From Mycobacteriales bacterium (GTDB lineage: Bacteria > Actinomycetota > Actinomycetes > Mycobacteriales > CADCTP01): 64,000 nucleotides of DNA. Within the stretch, counting starts at the first letter, position 1, and each line of letters starts with the position of its first letter. Under the pieces are notes generated by a model. The model worked only from the letters and a program-made list of their open reading frames with translations. It searched no databases and was not told where the DNA came from. The stretch lies in contig JBJMII010000123.1 in the NCBI GenBank assembly GCA_045806925.1, positions 1,806-65,805 of the forward strand. The letters are read 5' to 3'. The position numbers were made by a program, and so were the translations under genes. This document shows positions 44,305-54,115 of the stretch, one piece after another.

Positions 44305-45050
44305 GGGCGGGCCCGCCGCGCGACCCGGGCGGCGAAGACCCCGGCGCCGAAGCCGTTGTCGATGTTGGCGACCACCACGCCCGGCGCGCACGAGTTGAGC
44401 ATGGTGAGCAGCGCGGCGACCCCGCCGAACGAGGCGCCGTAGCCGACGCTCGTCGGCACCGCGACCAGCGGCACGCCGGTGAGCCCGCCGACCGCGCTGG
44501 GCAGCGCCCCGTCCATCCCGGCGACCACCACCAGGCAGTCCGCCGCGTCGAGGACGTCCCGGACCGCCAGCAGCCGGTGGATCCCGGCCACGCCCACGTC
44601 GCTCACCTGCCGCACCTTCGCGCCGATCACCCGGGCGGTGAACGCCGCCTCCGCCGCGACCGGCCCGTCCGACGTGCCGGCGGAGACCACGCAGACGGTG
44701 CCACTCGCGGTCGGCAGCGGCCCCACCGCCACCGCCCGCGCCTCGTCGTCGACCTGCGCCTCGTCCCGGTACGCATCCTTCAGCGCGGCTCTCAGCTCCG
44801 CCGCTGCCCGGGTGACCAGCGCCGGCCGGTCCGGGTGCGCCTCCCGGAGGACCGCGACCAGCGCGATCCCCTGCTCCACCGTCTTGCCCGCCCCGTAGAC
44901 GACCTCCGGGTCTCCGGTCCGCCCGGCCCGGTCCACGTCCACCCGGGCGAACCCCAGGTCCGAGTAGCCGTCGCGGTGCACCGCCGCACGATAGCCCGGC
45001 CGCCGGCGGGGCGCCGACGGCCGTGTGACCGGGCCGACCGCGGGCAGCAC
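44301..45050 (-). CDS. larB: nickel-pincer cofactor biosynthesis protein LarB (PurE-like)
   Basis: It has FARVDVDRAGRTGDPEVVYGAGKT and the AIR-carboxylase-like region VVSAGTSDGPVAAEA...VAGMDGALPSVVGG-like. An alternative GTG start is at 44981. Confidence 0.85.
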   Translation of the reverse strand: MLPAVGPVTRPSAPRRRPGYRAAVHRDGYSDLGFARVDVDRAGRTGDPEVVYGAGKTVEQGIALVAVLREAHPDRPALVTRAAAELRAALKDAYRDEAQVDDEARAVAVGPLPTASGTVCVVSAGTSDGPVAAEAAFTARVIGAKVRQVSDVGVAGIHRLLAVRDVLDAADCLVVVAGMDGALPSAVGGLTGVPLVAVPTSVGYGASFGGVAALLTMLNSCAPGVVVANIDNGFGAGVFAARVARRARP

Positions 45051-45082
45051 CTCGGCAGGGCGCGGCCGCTAGGGTCCGCACC

Positions 45083-46018
45083 GTGCCCGGCGTTCCACCC
45101 ACCCGCTTCGCGTACCTCGGCCCCGAGGGCACCTTCGCCGAGGCCGCGCTCCGCACGATCCCGGCCGCCGCCCGTGCCGCGGCCCTGCCGCAGCCGACCG
45201 TCCATGCCGCGATCGAGGCGGTCCGCACCGGCGGCGCCGACGCGGCCGTGGTCCCGCTGGAGAACTCTGTCGAGGGCTCCGTCGCCTCCACCATGGACGA
45301 GCTGGCCACCGGCGAGCCGCTGGTGATCACCCGCGAGGTGCTGCTGCCGGTCGTCTTCGCGCTGCTGGTCCGCCCCGGCACCACCGTGGACGCGGTCAAG
45401 ACCGTGGCGACCCACCCGCACGCCGCGGCGCAGACCCGCCGCTGGCTGCGCGAGCAGCTCCCGACCGCCGAGGTCCTGCTCACCTCGAGCACCGCGGCCG
45501 CGGCGGTCGCGGTCGCCGGGCACGAGTACGACGCGGCGGTGGCCGCGCCGATCGCCGGCCCCCGCAACGGGCTGGTGCCGCTGGCCGAGGACATCGCCGA
45601 CAACCCGGGCGGGGTGACCCGCTTCGTGCTGCTGTCCCGGCCCGGGCCGCCACCGGAGCCGACCGGCGCGGACAAGACCTCGCTGGTCGCCTTCATCCGG
45701 CACGACCACACCGGGGCGCTGCTGGAGGTGCTCGCCGAGTTCGCGGTGCGGGGGGTGAACCTCACCCGGATCGAGTCCCGGCCGACCGGGGAGCGGCTCG
45801 GCCGGTACTGCTTCTACTTCGACGCCGAGGGCCATGTCGCGGACGCCCGGGTCGGCGACTCGCTCGCCGCGCTGCGCCGCATCTGCGCCGACGTCCGCTA
45901 CCTCGGCTCGTACCCGCGAGGTGCGCCCGGCGAGCCGCCGCGGCTGCCGCCAGGACGCGACGACGCGGCGTTCGCGGACGCCGCCGCCTGGCTGGAGCGC
46001 CTGCGCCGCGGGGACTGA
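45083..46018 (+). CDS. pheA: prephenate dehydratase
   Basis: It has FAYLGPEGTFAE, a TRF motif (GVTRFVLL), and the ACT domain with ESRPT. Confidence 0.9.
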   Translation: MPGVPPTRFAYLGPEGTFAEAALRTIPAAARAAALPQPTVHAAIEAVRTGGADAAVVPLENSVEGSVASTMDELATGEPLVITREVLLPVVFALLVRPGTTVDAVKTVATHPHAAAQTRRWLREQLPTAEVLLTSSTAAAAVAVAGHEYDAAVAAPIAGPRNGLVPLAEDIADNPGGVTRFVLLSRPGPPPEPTGADKTSLVAFIRHDHTGALLEVLAEFAVRGVNLTRIESRPTGERLGRYCFYFDAEGHVADARVGDSLAALRRICADVRYLGSYPRGAPGEPPRLPPGRDDAAFADAAAWLERLRRGD

Positions 46019-46099
46019 GGCGCTCCTCCAAGACGCCGGGCCGGCCCAGGCGAAAGAGTGCAGGCAGGTCCGACTGCCCACCGGTCCCGCAGCTGGCCA

Positions 46100-47314
46100 T
46101 CACCCCGGCGCCGCCGCCCGGGACTCCAGGTAGCGCCGCTCGGGCATGCTCAGCGTGCGCCGCGCGGCGACGCCGTACTCGGCTCGCGCTCCGGCCGTGT
46201 CCCCGGCGAGCTCGAGCAGGTGGGCACGGACGGCGTGCACCCGGTGGTGTCCCGCCAGCCCCGGCTCGGCCACCGCCTCCTGTAGCGCAGCCAGGCCGGC
46301 GGCCGGGCCGTGCACCATGGCGACCGCGACCACCCGGTTCAGCGTCACCATCGGCCCGGGGGCGAGCGCCCGCAGGTGGTCGTACAGGGCGAGGATCTGC
46401 GGCCAGTCGGTGTCCTCGGCGCGGGCCGCCTCGTCGTGCAGCGCGGCGATGGCGGCCTGCAGCTGGTACGGCCCGACCGGCGCGCTCGCCAGCGCCCAGC
46501 TCACCAGCTCGGTGCCCTCCGCGATCATGCCGGCGACCCACCGGCCGCGGTCCTGCTCGGCGAGCGGCACCAGCCCGCCGTCGGCGCGGGAGCGCGCCGG
46601 CCGCCGGGCGTCGGTGAGCAGCATCAGCGCGAGCAGCCCGGCGACCTCCCCGGCCATCTCCCCGGTCGGCAGCCGGGACCGCAGCTGCCGGGTCAGCCGG
46701 ATCGCCTCCGCGGTCAGCTCCACCCGGTGCAGCGACGAACCTGAGCTGGCCGTGTAACCCTCGTTGAAGATCAGGTAGAGCACGTGCAGCACCGCGGCCA
46801 GCCGGGCGGGCCGCTCGCCCTCCGGGGGCAGCCGGAACCGCCCGCCGGCCGCCTTGATCCGCTGCTTCGCCCGGCTGATCCGCTGTGCCACGGTCGCCTC
46901 GGGCACCAGCAGCGCGCGGCCGATCTCCGCGGTGGTGAGCCCGCCGACCGCGCGCAGCGTCAGCGCGACCTGGGACACCGGGGTGAGCGCCGGGTGGCAG
47001 CAGAGCAGCAGCAGGGTCAGCGTGTCGTCCTCGGCGGCCGGCGCCGGCGCGACCACGGTCTGCTCCCGCAGCCGGCGCGCGGACTCGCGGCGCCACATCT
47101 CGATCCGCCGCCGGGATGCGGTGGTGATCAGCCAGCCCTTCGGGTGAGCCGGCAGGCCCTCGGCCGGCCATTGCACGGCGGCCGCGAGCAGCGCCTCCTG
47201 GACGGCGTCCTCGCAGCTGTCGAAGTCGCCGTACCGGCGGACCAGCGCGCTGAGGACCTGCGGCGCCAGCTCCCGCAGCAGCCCCTCCGGGACGGTCACT
47301 CCGTCCGCGCTCAC
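46100..47314 (-). CDS. ECF-type RNA polymerase sigma factor with long C-terminal (TPR-like/DUF6596) extension
   Basis: Sigma-2 region: DAVQEALLAA...GWLITTA. Sigma-4 region: LRAVGGLTTAEIGRALLVPEATVAQRISRAKQRI. These are followed by FNEGY. Its GTG at 47314 overlaps the YCII stop (GTGA). Confidence 0.85.
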   Translation of the reverse strand: MSADGVTVPEGLLRELAPQVLSALVRRYGDFDSCEDAVQEALLAAAVQWPAEGLPAHPKGWLITTASRRRIEMWRRESARRLREQTVVAPAPAAEDDTLTLLLLCCHPALTPVSQVALTLRAVGGLTTAEIGRALLVPEATVAQRISRAKQRIKAAGGRFRLPPEGERPARLAAVLHVLYLIFNEGYTASSGSSLHRVELTAEAIRLTRQLRSRLPTGEMAGEVAGLLALMLLTDARRPARSRADGGLVPLAEQDRGRWVAGMIAEGTELVSWALASAPVGPYQLQAAIAALHDEAARAEDTDWPQILALYDHLRALAPGPMVTLNRVVAVAMVHGPAAGLAALQEAVAEPGLAGHHRVHAVRAHLLELAGDTAGARAEYGVAARRTLSMPERRYLESRAAAPG

Positions 47315-47679
47315 CGCAGCGTGGCGAGGTCCAGCACCGGCCGCACCTCGACCAGGCCCAGGCCCGCCTCCGGCACCCGGCCGGCGATCTCGGCGGCCCG
47401 TTCCCGGCTCGCGCAGTCGACCAGGTAGAAGCCGGCCAGGTGTTCCTTCGACTCCGCGTACGGCCCGTCGCTGGAGATCGTGCCGTCCTCCCGCCGCCAC
47501 ACCTGCCGACCGTCCTGCGGATACGCCAGCGCCTCGGACGCGAGGTACTCCCCGGACGCGGCCAGCTCCGCGTTCAGCTCCCGGTAGACCTGCAGCCCGC
47601 TGGCCCGGTCGGTGGCGGACAGGCTCTCCCAGGTCCGCCGGGACGCCGGGTTGCGGTAGATGAGGATCACGTACTTCAC
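47311..47679 (-). CDS. YCII-related (DGPF) domain protein
   Basis: The sequence is MKYVILIY...SSDGPYAESKEHLAGFYLVDCASRERAAEIA. A YCII gene upstream of this sigma-factor type is a recurrent pairing. Confidence 0.85.
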   Translation of the reverse strand: MKYVILIYRNPASRRTWESLSATDRASGLQVYRELNAELAASGEYLASEALAYPQDGRQVWRREDGTISSDGPYAESKEHLAGFYLVDCASRERAAEIAGRVPEAGLGLVEVRPVLDLATLR

Positions 47680-47702
47680 GACTGCCTCCGCGGCTCGGGA
47701 AC

Positions 47703-48050
47703 TCAGAGGTAGAGCCCGGTCGCCTCCTCGATCCGCTCGGCGGCGACCGCGTGCACGTCCCGCTCACGCAGGATCACGTACACCTCGCCGTGCACCTCGA
47801 CCTCGCTGCGGTCCTCGGGACTGAAGAGCACCCGGTCGCCGACCTCGACCACCCGGACGTGGTTGCCGACCGCGAGCACCTCCGCCCACACCAGCCGGGT
47901 CGCCGCGACCTGCGCGGTGGACGGGATGAGGATGCCGCCGCCGGACCGCCGCTCGCCCTCCTCGCCCGGCTGCCGGACCAGCACCCGGTCGTGCAGCATC
48001 CGGATCGGCAGCCGGCCGGCTCCGGCGAGCGGCTCAGTCGACGTTCCCAC
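47703..48050 (-). CDS. GroES-family (Cpn10-like) protein
   Basis: The sequence LHDRVLVRQ...GGILIPSTA...EVLAVG...VGDRVLF...YVILRERDVHAV aligns with the GroES consensus. The start is uncertain (alternative ATG at 47997). Confidence 0.7.
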   Translation of the reverse strand: MGTSTEPLAGAGRLPIRMLHDRVLVRQPGEEGERRSGGGILIPSTAQVAATRLVWAEVLAVGNHVRVVEVGDRVLFSPEDRSEVEVHGEVYVILRERDVHAVAAERIEEATGLYL

Positions 48051-48063
48051 GGACCGACGGTAG

Positions 48064-48420
48064 TCACCCCCAGCCGAGCTCGTGCAGCCGGGCGTCGTCG
48101 ATGCCGAAGTGGTGGGCGATCTCGTGCACCACGGTGACCGCGACCTCCTCCACCACGTCGTCCTCGGTCCCGCAGACGTCCAGGATGGCCTGCCGGTACA
48201 GGAGGATCCGGTCCGGCAGCAGGCCGCCGTAGTCGTGGCCGCGCTCGGTCAGCGCCACCCCCTCGTACAGGCCGAGCAGGGTGGGGTCACCCGGGTCGCG
48301 CTCCTCGACCAGCACGACCACGTTGTCCATCAGCCGGGTCAGCGCCTCCGGGACCTCGTCCAGGGCGTCGGACACCAGCTCCTCGAACCGGCGGCGCGGG
48401 ACGTCGACCACGCCCGCCAT
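48064..48420 (-). CDS. metallopeptidase-family protein (DUF1025/zincin-like)
   Basis: It has the HEIAHHFG zinc-binding motif and the family-typical size of 118 aa. Confidence 0.85.
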   Translation of the reverse strand: MAGVVDVPRRRFEELVSDALDEVPEALTRLMDNVVVLVEERDPGDPTLLGLYEGVALTERGHDYGGLLPDRILLYRQAILDVCGTEDDVVEEVAVTVVHEIAHHFGIDDARLHELGWG

Positions 48421-48496
48421 CCTCCCGTACGGCCGGACCCACCGGACGGGACAGGACCCGCTCGGGTCCCGCCCCGTCCGGCTGAGGGGAGGGAGG

Positions 48497-49819
48497 TTAG
48501 GTCTTGAACGCGCCCGCGGGCCGGAACCGATGACCGGGGAAGACCGACGCGGCGTTCCGTACGCCGAGCCAGCTCAGGCCCTCGGTCAGCACGTCCCGGT
48601 AGTCGGTGCTGCCCTTGGTCTCGTTGTCCCGGCCGGAGGCGGACACGATCGGGTCGCCGCCCCGGACGCCGCCGGTCGAGCCGCCGCCGAGGACCTGCAT
48701 GCCCATGGCGTGGCCGTGGTCGGTGCCGCCGCCGCCGTTCTCGCCGAAGGTCCGGCCGAACTCGGTGGAGGTGACGATGGTGACGTACGGCCGGAACGTG
48801 CTGCCGAGGTCCTGGAAGAAGGCCGTCATCGCCGCGTTCGCCTCGGTCGCGTGGTCGTGCAGCTGCCCGCGCGAGTCGGTGTGCGTGTCGAAGCCGCCCT
48901 GGTCCAGGGTGACGAACCGGAGGCCGACCCGCGCCTTGATCAGCTGCGCGGTGGTCTTGAACGCGTCCGCCAACCCGCCACCGGGGTACTGCGCGGCCGG
49001 CTGGTACTCCCGCTGGCCGAGGGTGCGCACGGTCTTGATCGCGGTGAGCGTCTCCAGCGCGGTGCTGGCCACCGGGTCCCGGTACTGGCTGTAGAACCTC
49101 CGCAGCACCGCCTCGGACTTCGCCCTGACCTCGTCCCCGCCGTTGAGGCCGAAGGACTGGATCCGGTCGAGGGTCAGCGCGCTGGAGCCGGACAGCGACT
49201 TCGGTAGCGTGCCGCCGACCATGACCGCGGACAGCACGGCCGGGTTGGGCAGGTTGCGCAGCGCGCGGGTGGCCCAGCCGTCCGAGGACGGCGTGTTCAT
49301 GCCGCCCTCGAGCAGGTCGGTCGCCTCGAAGTGGCTGTGCGTCGGGTCCTGGGAGTCGGCTGCCGGCAGGTACCCGAATCCGCCGGCACCGAGCGTGGTG
49401 TAAAGCGGGCGGAACTCCGTCAGCGCGCCCACCCCGCGGCTGAGCGCGAACGACGTCTGCGCTGTCTCCTTGATCCCGGGCCGGGCCCGGGCGTACGCCG
49501 GGTTGCCGAGCAGCGGGAACCAGGTGTGCTGGTCGAGCCCGCCGCGCCAGATCACGTTGATGAGCACCCGCTGGATGGGTGCCGCCGCCGGAGCCGCGAA
49601 GGCGAACCTCGCGGTCAGCGGTTGCACGGACAGTGCCGCGGCGAAGGCGGTGGAGCCCTGCAGGACCTTGCGCCGGGTGAAGCCCCTCTTGAACGGCTCC
49701 GCGAACGAGACCGACTCGTCGCCGCACTCGCAGCCGGCATGCAGGCCCTCGGGTCTGTCCTGGTGCGGGACGACCCCGTCGGGAAGGTGCTTGTCCTTCA
49801 TCATGAAGGAGGACGTCAT
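48497..49819 (-). CDS. DUF1501 domain protein (sulfatase-fold), Tat signal
   Basis: It has the twin-arginine signal FTRRKVLQGSTAFAAA and, at the C-terminus, EFGRT...GTDHGH. The ATG at 49819 is in frame. The 1099-aa track ORF is a shadow extension across the upstream gene. Confidence 0.85.
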   Translation of the reverse strand: MTSSFMMKDKHLPDGVVPHQDRPEGLHAGCECGDESVSFAEPFKRGFTRRKVLQGSTAFAAALSVQPLTARFAFAAPAAAPIQRVLINVIWRGGLDQHTWFPLLGNPAYARARPGIKETAQTSFALSRGVGALTEFRPLYTTLGAGGFGYLPAADSQDPTHSHFEATDLLEGGMNTPSSDGWATRALRNLPNPAVLSAVMVGGTLPKSLSGSSALTLDRIQSFGLNGGDEVRAKSEAVLRRFYSQYRDPVASTALETLTAIKTVRTLGQREYQPAAQYPGGGLADAFKTTAQLIKARVGLRFVTLDQGGFDTHTDSRGQLHDHATEANAAMTAFFQDLGSTFRPYVTIVTSTEFGRTFGENGGGGTDHGHAMGMQVLGGGSTGGVRGGDPIVSASGRDNETKGSTDYRDVLTEGLSWLGVRNAASVFPGHRFRPAGAFKT

Positions 49820-49833
49820 GCCGGAGAGGCCCC

Positions 49834-51654
49834 TTAGCTGTAGTTCAGGTGCGGCGTGCTGAGGACGGTGCGCACGACCGAGGGCAGGTCGCGGACCTGC
49901 CTGGCCGGCGTGGTCGGGGCGGTGCCGGCGAACTGGTGCACCGCCGTGACGAACCCGGGCTGCAGCGCCTGGCCGGTCAGTCGCCGGGCCAGGCCGGTCA
50001 CCAGCTGGGACTGGGTCGAGGCCCGGCCGACCAGGGTCGCCTCGGTCGGCATCCGGACGCCCTTCCACCCCCCGTTGGCGAGGATCCCGTTGATGTTCCA
50101 CTTGTCGAGCAGGTTCTTGCCGGACAGCCAGGCCGCCTCGAAGTCGGGCTGCCCGTCCGGCGTCGCCCGCCCGTGCGGGCCGCCACCGCTCTGCTCGACG
50201 AAGTAGCGCATGTCCCGGACCCCCTGGAAGGTGCCGCGCCGCTGGTCGATGGCCTCCCTGGCCGTCGGGTCGAGCACCGCGCCGGAGGAGCGCAGCGTCG
50301 CCGCCAGGTACTCCCAGCCGGTGCGGTACTTCTGGCCGACCGACTTGCGGAAGTCCTCGGACCGGAACAAGGCCCGCAGCATCGGCTTGATGTCGGTGAG
50401 CGCCCTGGTGTACTCGGCGGCGAGCATCCTGATCAGCTCGGGCCGCGGGGCGTCGCTGACGAAGTGCCGGGCGAACTGCTCGGCGACGTGCTTCGCGGTC
50501 GCCGGGTGCATGGCCAGGTAGTTGACGAGGCTGCGGATCACCGCGAGCCCGCGGGCCGGCTCGGTGTTCGCGTTCCGCCAGTCCATCACCTTCAGCGTGC
50601 CCCGGTACCGCATGTCCGGGTCGAACCTCATCCGCAGCGTGTCGCGGTCGACGGTCAGTCCGGTCAGCGCGTACGCGGACTGGACCACGTCGAGGCGGCC
50701 GTCGTAGTTGGCCTGGCCGGTGACCGGGTCCAGGGAGCCGACGCTGAAGAGCTCGAGCAGCTCGCGGCCGAGGTTCTCGTTGATCGCGAGCCGGCCGTCC
50801 GCGCCCTTGCGGTTGCCGTCGGACGCCGGCTGGTCGAGGTAGACCAGCATCGCCGGGTGCAGGATCGCCGCCTGCAGCATGTCCAGGAAACGCCCGAAGG
50901 TGTGCTTGCGGACGACCGTGCGGTCGTAGTCGGCGGTCAGCAGCCGGGTCTTCTCCCCGACCGGGACGTGCACGAAGGCGGTCCAGACGTCGTGCACCTT
51001 CTCGAAGAGCTGGTTGGTGCTCCAGGCCGACCTGATGATCTTCATCTCGACCAGCTGGTCCTCCGCGGCCAGGTAGTCGAGCTTCTGGTCGTCCGGCTTC
51101 CTGTCGTTGCCGTCGAACAGCCGCTTGAGCTGCATGGGCGTCTGGGTCAGCAGCGGGTAGCGCTCGGCCACGCCGGCCACCACCGGGTCGGGACGCACGG
51201 TGAGCTGCTGCTCCAGGTAGCGCTCCCGGCCGGCCGCCGTCAGCTCGGCCAGCGCCGGCAGCGTCACGCCGTAGGTCAGCCGGCGGGCCCAGTGCAGGTC
51301 CTGGTCGAGCGAGAGGATCGTCGGGCGCTGCAGCAGCGGCTTCGGCCGGACCTTCGGCGGCTTCGAGGACCGGTAGCCGGTCTTGTCGTACGCCTTCGCC
51401 GTGGCCCGGTCGGAGATCGGCGCCGTCACGCCGGCCGCACCGGCGGCCAGGCCGACCGGCTTCGCCGGGGCGCCGGTGGGCGTGGGCCCGGCACCGCGCA
51501 CGGGGTCCGGCTTGTTGGCCACCACGGAGACGCCGGCGGTACAGGCCGCCGCCGCCCCGGCGACGCCCAGGATGCCGAGGACCTGACGGCGGGTTACCGG
51601 GCCGTCTCCCCCGTCGGGGGCAGCCTCGTGCGCGCGCCCGGAGTGCCTTCCCAT
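49834..51654 (-). CDS. DUF1800 domain protein
   Basis: It has the Tat-like signal VTRRQVLGILGVAGAAAA and the family-typical NENLGRELLELFSVG. It ends in TAA, which is rare here. DUF1800-DUF1501 is a well-known conserved gene pair. Confidence 0.85.
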   Translation of the reverse strand: MGRHSGRAHEAAPDGGDGPVTRRQVLGILGVAGAAAACTAGVSVVANKPDPVRGAGPTPTGAPAKPVGLAAGAAGVTAPISDRATAKAYDKTGYRSSKPPKVRPKPLLQRPTILSLDQDLHWARRLTYGVTLPALAELTAAGRERYLEQQLTVRPDPVVAGVAERYPLLTQTPMQLKRLFDGNDRKPDDQKLDYLAAEDQLVEMKIIRSAWSTNQLFEKVHDVWTAFVHVPVGEKTRLLTADYDRTVVRKHTFGRFLDMLQAAILHPAMLVYLDQPASDGNRKGADGRLAINENLGRELLELFSVGSLDPVTGQANYDGRLDVVQSAYALTGLTVDRDTLRMRFDPDMRYRGTLKVMDWRNANTEPARGLAVIRSLVNYLAMHPATAKHVAEQFARHFVSDAPRPELIRMLAAEYTRALTDIKPMLRALFRSEDFRKSVGQKYRTGWEYLAATLRSSGAVLDPTAREAIDQRRGTFQGVRDMRYFVEQSGGGPHGRATPDGQPDFEAAWLSGKNLLDKWNINGILANGGWKGVRMPTEATLVGRASTQSQLVTGLARRLTGQALQPGFVTAVHQFAGTAPTTPARQVRDLPSVVRTVLSTPHLNYS

Positions 51655-51989
51655 GCGACCACCTTCGTCCGCGCCCGACGCGGAATAGGTCGCCGTCCCG
51701 ACCCCCCAATGGCGCACGCCGAACAAGCCTGGCGTACGCGCGGATCGGCGAGAGAACCGTGACCTCTGTCGAACGGGTGCCCGCACCGTTGGGCACCGGC
51801 CGGGAGGGTTGCGAAGGTCACGACTTGCTGTCAACCCTTACACGCCGGGCTTCACCCGTTCGGACTACTCACAGCGAGGATCTTGGTTTCGGAGCGCTAC
51901 CTGCACACTCCAGAGCGCTCTGACCAGGCCGTGCCTTCGTGCCGCCGGACGGCGGGGAGACCCGGCCCAGCTCCCGTACCCTCGTCGGG

Positions 51990-53270
51990 GTGATCGACCT
52001 CAAGCTGCTGCGGGCGGATCCCGACCGGGTACGGGCGTCGCAGCGCACCCGCGGGGAGGATCCCGCGCTGGTGGACGTGCTGCTGGCTGCGGACGAGCGG
52101 CGCCGGTCCGTGGTGGCCGCCGCCGACCGGCTGCGCGGCGAGCAGAAGTCGGTGTCCCGGCTGGTCCCGCGGGCGGCCGGGGAGCAGCGCGAGGAGCTGC
52201 TCCGCCGGGCGAAGGGCCTGGCCGACGAGGTCCGGGCCGCCGAGGCCGAGCAGGCCGCGGCCGACGAGGCGGTCCGCGCCGCCCATCTGGCGCTGCCCAA
52301 CGTGGTCTGCGACGGCGTGCCCGCCGGCGGCGAGGACGACTCGGTGGTGCTGGAGAAGGTCGGCGCGGTCCGGGACTATCCGGAGCCCGTCCGGGACCAC
52401 CTGGAGCTCGGCGAGCTGCACCGGGCCATCGACACCGAGCGGGGCGCGAAGGTCTCCGGCGCCCGGTTCTACTTCCTCACCGGCGTCGGCGCGCAGCTGG
52501 AGCTGGCGCTGGTCAACGCGGCGATGGCGCAGGCCACCGCGGCCGGGCTGGTGCCGATGATCGCGCCGGCGCTGGTCAAGCCGGAGGCGATGGAGGGCAC
52601 CGGCTTCCTCGGCGCGCACGCGCCGGAGGTCTACCGGGTCGAGTCCGACGACCTCTACCTGGTGGGGACCTCCGAGGTCCCGCTGGCGGCGTACCACTCG
52701 GACGAGATCCTCGACCTGTCCGCCGGCCCGCTGCGGTACGCGGGCTTCTCGTCCTGCTACCGGCGCGAGGCCGGGTCGTACGGGAAGGACACCCGGGGCA
52801 TCGTGCGGGTGCACTGGTTCGACAAGGTGGAGATGTTCGTCTTCTGCGAGCCGGCGGACGCGGCTGCCGAGCACCGGCGGCTGCTCGACTGGGAGCGGCA
52901 GTTCCTCACCGCGCTGGAGCTGCCCTTCCAGGTGGTGGACATCGCGGCCGGCGACCTGGGCTCCAGCGCGGCCCGGAAGTACGACTGCGAGGCCTGGTTC
53001 CCGTCCCAGCGCCGCTACCGCGAGCTGACCTCGGCGTCGAACTGCGTGACGTTCCAGGCGCGAAGGCTCAACGTGCGCTATCGGGACGACGCCGGCCGGC
53101 CCCAGGTCGCGGCCACCCTCAACGGCACGCTCTGCGCGGTCGCCCGGACGATCGCCTGCCTGCTCGAGGTGCACCAGCAGCCGGACGGCTCGGTGCGCCT
53201 GCCGGCGGTGCTGCGGTCCTGGCTGGGCGGTCGGGAGGTGCTGGAGCCGGCGGCGCCGGCCGGCCGGTGA
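51990..53270 (+). CDS. serS: serine--tRNA ligase
   Basis: It starts (V)[11 protein letters not shown], has a coiled-coil arm, and carries class II motifs (FRRE-like YRREAGS, GTSE, and NGT at the C-terminus). Confidence 0.92.
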   Translation: MIDLKLLRADPDRVRASQRTRGEDPALVDVLLAADERRRSVVAAADRLRGEQKSVSRLVPRAAGEQREELLRRAKGLADEVRAAEAEQAAADEAVRAAHLALPNVVCDGVPAGGEDDSVVLEKVGAVRDYPEPVRDHLELGELHRAIDTERGAKVSGARFYFLTGVGAQLELALVNAAMAQATAAGLVPMIAPALVKPEAMEGTGFLGAHAPEVYRVESDDLYLVGTSEVPLAAYHSDEILDLSAGPLRYAGFSSCYRREAGSYGKDTRGIVRVHWFDKVEMFVFCEPADAAAEHRRLLDWERQFLTALELPFQVVDIAAGDLGSSAARKYDCEAWFPSQRRYRELTSASNCVTFQARRLNVRYRDDAGRPQVAATLNGTLCAVARTIACLLEVHQQPDGSVRLPAVLRSWLGGREVLEPAAPAGR

Positions 53271-54112
53271 GCGCCGGCTCCGGCGGTCCGTTCCGGTTGG
53301 TCGCGACCGACCTCGACGGCACGCTGGTCCGCACCGACGGCGGGATCTCCCGGCGCTCCTGCGAGGCGCTGCGGGCGGCGGAGGCGGCCGGGATCGTGGT
53401 CGCGCTGGTCACCGGCCGGCCGCCGCGCTGGCTGGCCCCGGTCGCCGAGGCGACCGGGCACACCGGCGTGGCGATCTGCGCGAACGGCGCGATCCTCTAC
53501 GACCTGCACGCCGAGCGGATCCTCGACTCGACGCTGCTGGACCCGGACACCCTGCGGGAGGTGGCCCGGCGGCTGCGGGCGGCCGTGCCCGGTCTGCGCT
53601 TCGCGGTCGAGTACGGCGCGGACTTCGGGCACGAGCCGGGCTACCGGCACTACTGGGCGATCGGCGACGTGGCGGTCCGGGTCGGCGCGGCGGAGGCGAT
53701 CCTGGACCGGCCGGCGCCGAAGCTGCTCGCGCTGCACCCGTCGATGTCCCCGGACGAGCTGCTGGCGGTGGCGGTCGACCTGCTCGGCACCGAGGTCGGG
53801 GTGACCTGCTCCTCGCACGAGGCGCTGCTGGAGATCTCGGCCGCCGGGGTGACCAAGGCGACCGGGCTGGCCGGGCTCGCGGAGCGGGCCGGGATCGCGC
53901 CGACCGAGGTGGTCGCGTTCGGCGACATGCCCAACGACCTGCCGATGCTCGCCTGGGCCGGGCGGGGGGTCGCGGTCGCCAACGCGCACCCTGAGGTGCT
54001 GGCGGTGGCCGACGAGGTGACCGCGAGCAACGACGAGGACGGCGTCGCCCTCGTCGTCGAGCGGCTGGTGTCCGTCGGCGGCCGGGCCCACGGCCGGCGC
54101 GGCGGCCGGTAG
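53267..54112 (+). CDS. HAD-family hydrolase (Cof-type phosphatase)
   Basis: It has the DLDGTL motif I, VTGRP, and [10 protein letters not shown]. Its GTG overlaps the serS stop (GTGA). Confidence 0.85.
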   Translation: MSAGSGGPFRLVATDLDGTLVRTDGGISRRSCEALRAAEAAGIVVALVTGRPPRWLAPVAEATGHTGVAICANGAILYDLHAERILDSTLLDPDTLREVARRLRAAVPGLRFAVEYGADFGHEPGYRHYWAIGDVAVRVGAAEAILDRPAPKLLALHPSMSPDELLAVAVDLLGTEVGVTCSSHEALLEISAAGVTKATGLAGLAERAGIAPTEVVAFGDMPNDLPMLAWAGRGVAVANAHPEVLAVADEVTASNDEDGVALVVERLVSVGGRAHGRRGGR

Positions 54113-54115
54113 CCC

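Noticed and set aside
48497-51796. A single 1099-aa ORF could suggest a fused DUF1800-DUF1501 protein.
   Set aside because: The DUF1800 protein is encoded in a different frame (49834..51654) with its own TAA stop. The upstream 659 codons of the 1099-aa frame are shadow sequence (Arg/Pro/Gly-rich), and an in-frame ATG at 49819 gives a normal Tat-signal N-terminus.
51655-51989. The 335-bp region upstream of serS could hold a T-box leader or a tRNA gene. It contains the palindrome CAGAGCGCTCTG at 51911-51922 and a GGTGCCC..GGGCACC hairpin.
   Set aside because: I could find no T-box consensus (AGGGUGGNACCGCG-like), no specifier-loop architecture, and no tRNA cloverleaf (no GTTCGAATC-type T-arm). 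It is most likely an ordinary divergent promoter region.
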